Shown in pieces: positions 58,901 through 64,000 of a stretch of DNA of 64,000 nucleotides (within the stretch, counting starts at the first letter, position 1; each line of letters opens with the position of its first letter). This DNA is from Nemertoderma westbladi. Taxonomy: Eukaryota > Animalia > Xenacoelomorpha. The notes beneath the pieces are model-generated. The model searched no databases and was not told the DNA's origin. It saw only the letters and a list, made by a program, of their open reading frames with translations. The position numbers and the translations under genes are program-made. The DNA lies in NCBI GenBank assembly GCA_032718475.1, contig JAUCBJ010006257.1:1-64000 (forward strand), written 5' to 3'.

Positions 58901-59979
58901 ACGTAGAGATCGGGGTTGACCGCCCGACCGCAGTCCAGCAGCCACGATGCGAAGTCCAACGGCGTGCTGTGGCAGTTGTCCAGACGGATTCCGTCGAAGG
59001 CCCCCGCGGTCAGCTCCATGTAGCGCCGCATCCGGTCCCACAGAGCGGGACAGTCGTCCCGCGATGTCCCGTACCTCAGCTTTATGCTGTCCCCCCAGGC
59101 GATCAGCTCGCGCCGCAGGTAGACCAGCCCCGGTGCCGCGGCGAAGTTCCGCAGCGGATCGTCGTTCATGACCCACCCGTTGTGAGCCATAACGAGCGCG
59201 GCTCGGCTCGGCTCCCTCGCCATGCGTTCCTCCTCATCCACCGACGTCGCCTCCCATCTGTGGTAGAAGTACGGCGTCGCTATTGGGTGTTGCTTGGAGA
59301 CGGGCCCGCATTTGGGGCCCCCATCCTGCACGTAGAAGTATTGGGTAGACCGGGCCACACACTCAACCGCCTGCAGCAGATGGTCCCAAACATCGGTTTC
59401 CTTGGCAATGTTAAGTGCATTCAGATGCTCTTTAAACGCATTCACGGATAACTTCTGGCGCTCAGTCTCCGAAATGTTCTCCCCTCTGGAAATGTTAAAC
59501 GCCCTGAGTGCGAGCTCTAAATCCACAGTGCATGAGAGTCGCATGTACTGGGGGTCCTGCACAATGGTCACTGCGTCGGCAGACTCAGCTGGTGTACTCG
59601 CACCCCCCAGCTGAGACACTCGGCTAGCGAATTCCTTGACAGAACTCTCCACGTTCACCTGGTAGAACTGCGACAGTTTGTACGTCGGTATCACGACGTC
59701 TCTCAGGGCCGCTTGGAGCGCGGAGATGTGGTCCGCGCTGGTTATGTTGGACGGGACGTTGCGGAACTCCCACTGGCCTTGGGAGACCTCGACCCCGAAA
59801 TGGTAGAGGATGCGGTCGAGGAGGTAGGCGGGTCGGAGGTAGGGGGAGTTGGCGAGGTTGAATGCGCACTGGGGTTCGGCGGTGATCCAAGCCGAGTCGT
59901 TGGAGGTGTGGTTGAGAACCACGTCGCAGATGGAGAGGACACCGTGATCGCGTCGCAGTCGATCTAGGAACGAAGTGAC
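55984..59979 (-). CDS. AGL: Glycogen debranching enzyme (4-alpha-glucanotransferase/amylo-1,6-glucosidase), terminal exon, 5'-partial
   Basis: GH13 motifs DVVLNHT, GIRLDNCHSTP, VVAELFTGS, DQTHDN; glucosidase-domain motifs MRNWGRDTFI, TWMDKMGES, NYHQGPEW, GLPELTN, QAWS. Acceptor tttttgtttcag|GTC at 59980/59979 (phase 0). The ORF-track start MFLFQ is intronic. Roughly the first 180 aa must lie in exon(s) beyond the window. Confidence 0.95.
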   Translation of the reverse strand, partial: VTSFLDRLRRDHGVLSICDVVLNHTSNDSAWITAEPQCAFNLANSPYLRPAYLLDRILYHFGVEVSQGQWEFRNVPSNITSADHISALQAALRDVVIPTYKLSQFYQVNVESSVKEFASRVSQLGGASTPAESADAVTIVQDPQYMRLSCTVDLELALRAFNISRGENISETERQKLSVNAFKEHLNALNIAKETDVWDHLLQAVECVARSTQYFYVQDGGPKCGPVSKQHPIATPYFYHRWEATSVDEEERMAREPSRAALVMAHNGWVMNDDPLRNFAAAPGLVYLRRELIAWGDSIKLRYGTSRDDCPALWDRMRRYMELTAGAFDGIRLDNCHSTPLDFASWLLDCGRAVNPDLYVVAELFTGSSDVDNVFVNRLGINSLIREAMSAPDSHEEGRLVHRYGGDPVGSFIQPCVRPLVPSVAHAVFMDQTHDNPAVIARRSVYDALPTAAIVAMGCCSTGSNRGYDELVPHQIHVVTENRMYNNWEGEAVMGGKNSGAETPGVVNINNGILKGKKALNHLHQMLSTRGFNEVYVDQVDADIVAVTRHCPSLHHSVVLVARTSFTQPPDTPTNVPSLCVPGRVDKVLLEAKLETRKYAPSYRRDASYINGLAGYRLAIRDNVAVSDSGMFEVKAETDGAVQELEFTDFPPGSVFVLKVSLAPTSASAVQSIRNELVRFGYRSAVADSPQDLRPADFVNLVRELSLSELNRVLYRCSDEELSDGNGISAYNVPRHGDLPYCGLFGFVSVLSQLRIGNDLGHPFCDNLRDGDWMPGYISNRLSMNPRTQAIGAWFANVFDRLKLLPRYLIPCYFDAIVTGAFINILDVMYSNMSDFVKKGSTFVKELSLGSVQLMGVVDSAPLPAVSSSLPRLPTRLNPTSGLLEQRLPSMAAGLPHFASGIMRNWGRDTFIAARGLLLVTGRWDEARDLILAYGGTMRHGLIPNLLGAGTHARYNCRDAIWWWLYCIRDYCEMAPSGFEILKSHVVSMWEDEENKEEFLYEVMQRGLESHGNGIEFIERGAGSGIDAHMKWEGFVVTAGIDWATGFPYGGNEHNCGTWMDKMGESERAGTRGVPATPRDGTAVELVGLCRGVVGWLAGCHGDGRYPRPGIKVGAEEVTFAQWAALIDRSFEPLFWVDPTGTLEPYSNLRGIYRDSVGSSRPWDDHRLRPNFLVAMVTGPEMFTASRAWRALGLAEEKLAAPLGMRSLDPGDWKYHPYYDQSDDSSDPDVARGFNYHQGPEWLWLTAFFLRAKLAVAARMEAADPGCLDAAFRYAKQRLSRQQAALEASPWHGLPELTNKNGESCPFSCPIQAWSVGGMLDVLYDLYRVPK

Positions 59980-60339
59980 CTGAAACAAAAACATACTTGT
60001 GAGGATCCAGACAACCCGTTATTACAACACACTGCAACAAACGAAGAAATAAGTTTCAACAATAATTATTCCCTATTATTGCATTTATTTCCTAATGGTA
60101 GTATTTCATTCCAGTTGCTATATTCCCTATTGCTATAACTACGTATCGCTTTTATTTCACATTGCTATTATTGTTTCCTTCCAGTTGTCAATTTCTTATT
60201 GCTATTGTTTTTCTGTATAGGAAATATCACTGCCAATAGGAAATAAAAGCATAATAATTCCATAATTATAATAGCATAATAATTTCACATCGCTATTATT
60301 TCCTAAATTGCTAATACTTCCTATTGGTATCAGGGTATT

Positions 60340-63300
60340 ATTTCTTCCTACAGTCCTATTGATTATTTCCTAAAGGCTATTAGTTCCTATTGCTATTATT
60401 TCCTTTTGCTATTATTTCCTATTGCTATTATTTCTTATTGCTACTATTTCCCATTGCTATTATTTCATATTCCTATTATTTCCTATTCCTATTATTTCCC
60501 ATTGCTATTATCTCCTATTGCTATTATTTCCTATTAATATTATTTCCTATTCCTATTATTTCCTATTGCTATTATTTCCTATTCCTATTATTTCCCATTC
60601 CTATTATTTCCTATTCCTATTATTTCCCGTTGCTATTATTTCATATTCGTATTATTATTTCATATTGGTATTATTTCCTATTGGTACCGGTATTATTTCT
60701 TATTGCTATTATTTCCTATTGCTATTATTTCCCATTGCTATTATTTCCTATTGCTATTATTTCTTATTGCTATTATTTCCTGTTGCTATTATTTCATATT
60801 CGTATTATTTCCTATTGCTATTATTTCTTATTGCTATTATTTCCCATTGCTATTATTTCCTATTGCTATTATTTCTTATTGCTATTATTTCATATTAATA
60901 TTATTTCCTATTGCTATTATTTCTTATTGCTATTATTTCCTATTGCTATTATTTCCTATTCCTATTATTTCCTGTTGCTATTATTTCATATTCGTATTAT
61001 TTCCTATTGCTATTATTTCTTATTGCTATTATTTCCCATTGCTATTATTTCCTATTGCTATTATTTCTTATTGCTATTATTTCATATTAATATTATTTCC
61101 TATTGCTATTATTTCTTATTGACGTTATTTCCTATTGCTATTATTTCCTATTGCTATTATTTCATATTCGTATTATTATCTCATATTGGTATTATTTCCT
61201 ATTGGTACCGGTATTATTTCTTATTGCTATTATTTCCTATTGCTATTATTTCTTATTGCTATTATTTCCTATTGCTATTATTTCTTATTGCTATTATTTC
61301 CCATTGCTATTATTTCCTATTGCTATTATTTCTTATTGCTATTATTTCATATTAATATTATTTCCTATTGGTACCGGTATTATTTCTTATTGCTATTATT
61401 TCCTATTGCTATTATTTCTTATTGCTATTATTTCCTATTGCTATTATTTCTTATTGCTATTATTTCCCATTGCTATTATTTCCTATTGCTATTATTTCCT
61501 ATTGCTATTATTTCTTATTGCTATTATTTCCCATTGCTATTATTTCCTATTGCTATTATTTCTTATTGCTATTATTTCTTATTGATGTTATTTCCTATTG
61601 CTATTATTTCCTATTGCTATTATTTCATATTCGTATTATTATTTCATATTGGTATTATTTCCTATTGGTACCGGTATTATTTCCTATTGCTATTATTTCT
61701 TATTGCTATTATTTCCCATTCCTATTATTTCCTATTCCTATTATTTCCCGTTGCTATTATTTCATATTCGTATTATTATTTCATATTGGTATTATTTCCT
61801 ATTGGTACCGGTATTATTTCCTATTGCTATTATTTCTTATTGCTATTATTTCCTATTGCTATTATTTCCTATTCCTATTATTTCCTGTTGCTATTATTTC
61901 ATATTCGTATTATTATTTCATATTGGTATTATTTCCTATTGGTACCGGTATTATTTCATATTGCTATTATTTCATATTGGTATTATTTCATATTGGTATT
62001 ATTTCCTATTAATATTATTTCCCATTGCTATTATTTCATATTGGATTGGTATTATTTCCTATTGGTACCGGTATTATTTCTTATTGCTATTATTTCCTAT
62101 TGCTATTATTTCTTATTGCTATTATTTCCTATTGCTATTATTTCTTATTGCTATTATTTCCTATTGCTATTATTTCCTATTCCTATTATTTCCCGTTGCT
62201 ATTATTTCCTATTCGTATTATTTCCTATTCCTATTATTTCCCATTGCTATTATTTCCTATTGCTATTATTTCCTATTGCTATTATTTCCTATTGCTATTA
62301 TTTCCTATTGCTATTATTTCCTATTAATATTATTTCCTATTCCTATTATTTCCCATTGCTATTATTTCCTATTGCTATTATTTCCCATTGCTATTATTTC
62401 CCATTGCTATTATTTCCTATTGCTATTATTTCCTATTGCTATTATTTCCTATTGCTATTATTTCCTATTGCTATTATTTCCTATTAATATTATTTCCTAT
62501 TCCTATTATTTCCCATTGCTATTATTTCCTATTGCTATTATTTCCCATTGCTATTATTTCCTATTGCTATTATTTCCCATTGCTATTATTTCCTATTGCT
62601 ATTATTTCCTATTGCTATTATTTCCTATTCCTATTATTTCCCATTGCTATTATTTCCTATTGCTATTATTTCCCATTGCTATTATTTCCTATTGCTATTA
62701 TTTCCCATTGCTATTATTTCCTATTGCTATTATTTCCTATTGCTATTATTTCCTATTGCTATTATTTCCTATTAATATTATTTCCTATTCCTATTATTTC
62801 CTATTCCTATTATTTCCTATTGCTATTACTTCCTATTCCTATTATTTCCCATTCCTATTATTTCCTATTCCTATTATTTCCCGTTGCTATTATTTCATGT
62901 TCGTATTATTATTTCATATTGGTATTATTTCCTATTGGTACCGGTATTATTTCTTATTGCTATTATTTCTTATTGATATTATTTCCTATTGGTACCGATA
63001 TTATTTCCTATTGCTATTATTTCCTATTGCTATTATTTCCCATTGCTATTATTTCCTATTGCTATTATTTCTTATTGCTATTATTTTCTATTCCTATTAT
63101 TTCCTATTCCTATTATTTCCCGTTGCTATTATTTCATATTCGTATTATTATTTCATATTGCTATTATTTCATATTGGTATTATTTCATATTGGTATTATT
63201 TCCTATTAATATTATTTCCCATTGCTATTATTTCATATTGGATTGGTATTATTTCCTATTAATATTATTTCCCATTGCTATTATTTCATATTGGATTGGT

Positions 63301-64000
63301 ATTATTTCCTATTAATATTATTTCCCATTGCTATTATTTCATATTGGATTGGTATTATTTCCTATTGGTACCGGTATTATTTCATATTGGTATTATTTCA
63401 TATTGGTATTATTTCATATTGGTATTATTTCCTATTAATATTATTTCCCATTGCTATTATTTCATATTGGATTGGTATTATTTCCTATTAATATTATTTC
63501 CCATTGCTATTATTTCATATTGGATTGGTATTATTTCCTATTGGTACCGGTATTATTTATTATTGCTATTATTTCCTATTGCTATTATTTCTTATTGCTA
63601 TTATTTCATATTGCTATTATTTCTTATTGCTATTATTTCCTATTGCTATTATTTCCTATTGCTATTATTTCCTATTGCTATTATTTCCTATTAATATTAT
63701 TTCCTATTCCTATTATTTCCTATTGCTATTATTTCCTATTCCTATTATTTCCCATTCCTATTATTTCCTATTCCTATTATTTCCCGTTGCTATTATTTCA
63801 TGTTCGTATTATTATTTCATATTGGTATTATTTCCTATTGGTACCGGTATTATTTCTTATTGCTATTATTTCTTATTGATATTATTTCCTATTGCTATTA
63901 TTTCCCATTGCTATTATTTCCTATTGCTATTATTTCATATTGGTATTATTTCCTATTAATATTATTTCCCATTGCTATTATTTCATATTGGATTGGTATT
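60340..64000. repeat. 16-bp AT-rich minisatellite (ATTGCTATTATTTCCT)n in the AGL intron, running off the window end
   Basis: Directly visible. Recurrent variants GGTACCGG, CATATTCG, TTGGATTGG. Degenerate copies start near 60060. Confidence 0.96.

Noticed and set aside
56088-59967. Antisense and alternative-frame ORFs over AGL (also over LZTR1 and TPC3)
   Set aside because: Shadow ORFs of GC-rich coding sequence with no recognisable motifs.
60390-63959. Long Ile/Tyr/Phe/Leu ORFs
   Set aside because: The 16-bp unit is stop-free on +, and the same peptide appears in all three frames. The region is intronic to AGL.

Overview
Animal (invertebrate-like) nuclear DNA, AT-rich outside the exons, with over half the window taken up by unrelated tandem repeats. 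The largest is a ~24 kb array of a 27/28-bp satellite. Four conserved genes are present and are strikingly intron-poor: a single-exon two-pore channel (TPC3-like, +), a single-exon hydroxylysine kinase (HYKK/AGPHD1-like, +), a two-exon LZTR1 (-), and a ~4 kb terminal exon of glycogen debranching enzyme AGL (-, 5' exons outside the window). Interspersed elements include a TTAA-flanked Kolobok-type non-autonomous DNA transposon carrying a nested solo LTR (TSD AGTTG), a tRNA-derived SINE in the LZTR1 intron, and a dispersed repeat present twice. The best find is at 32554-32921, just downstream of HYKK: perfect 89-bp inverted repeats enclose a Pol III A/B-box tRNA-like head fused to an intact minimal type I hammerhead ribozyme with a palindromic stem III. 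Also notable are foldback elements built with tandem G.A pairs and a cGAAg loop, which favour one strand as ssDNA, and a 54-bp satellite that looks like a tandemised tRNA 3' half. All calls are by eye; no searches were run.
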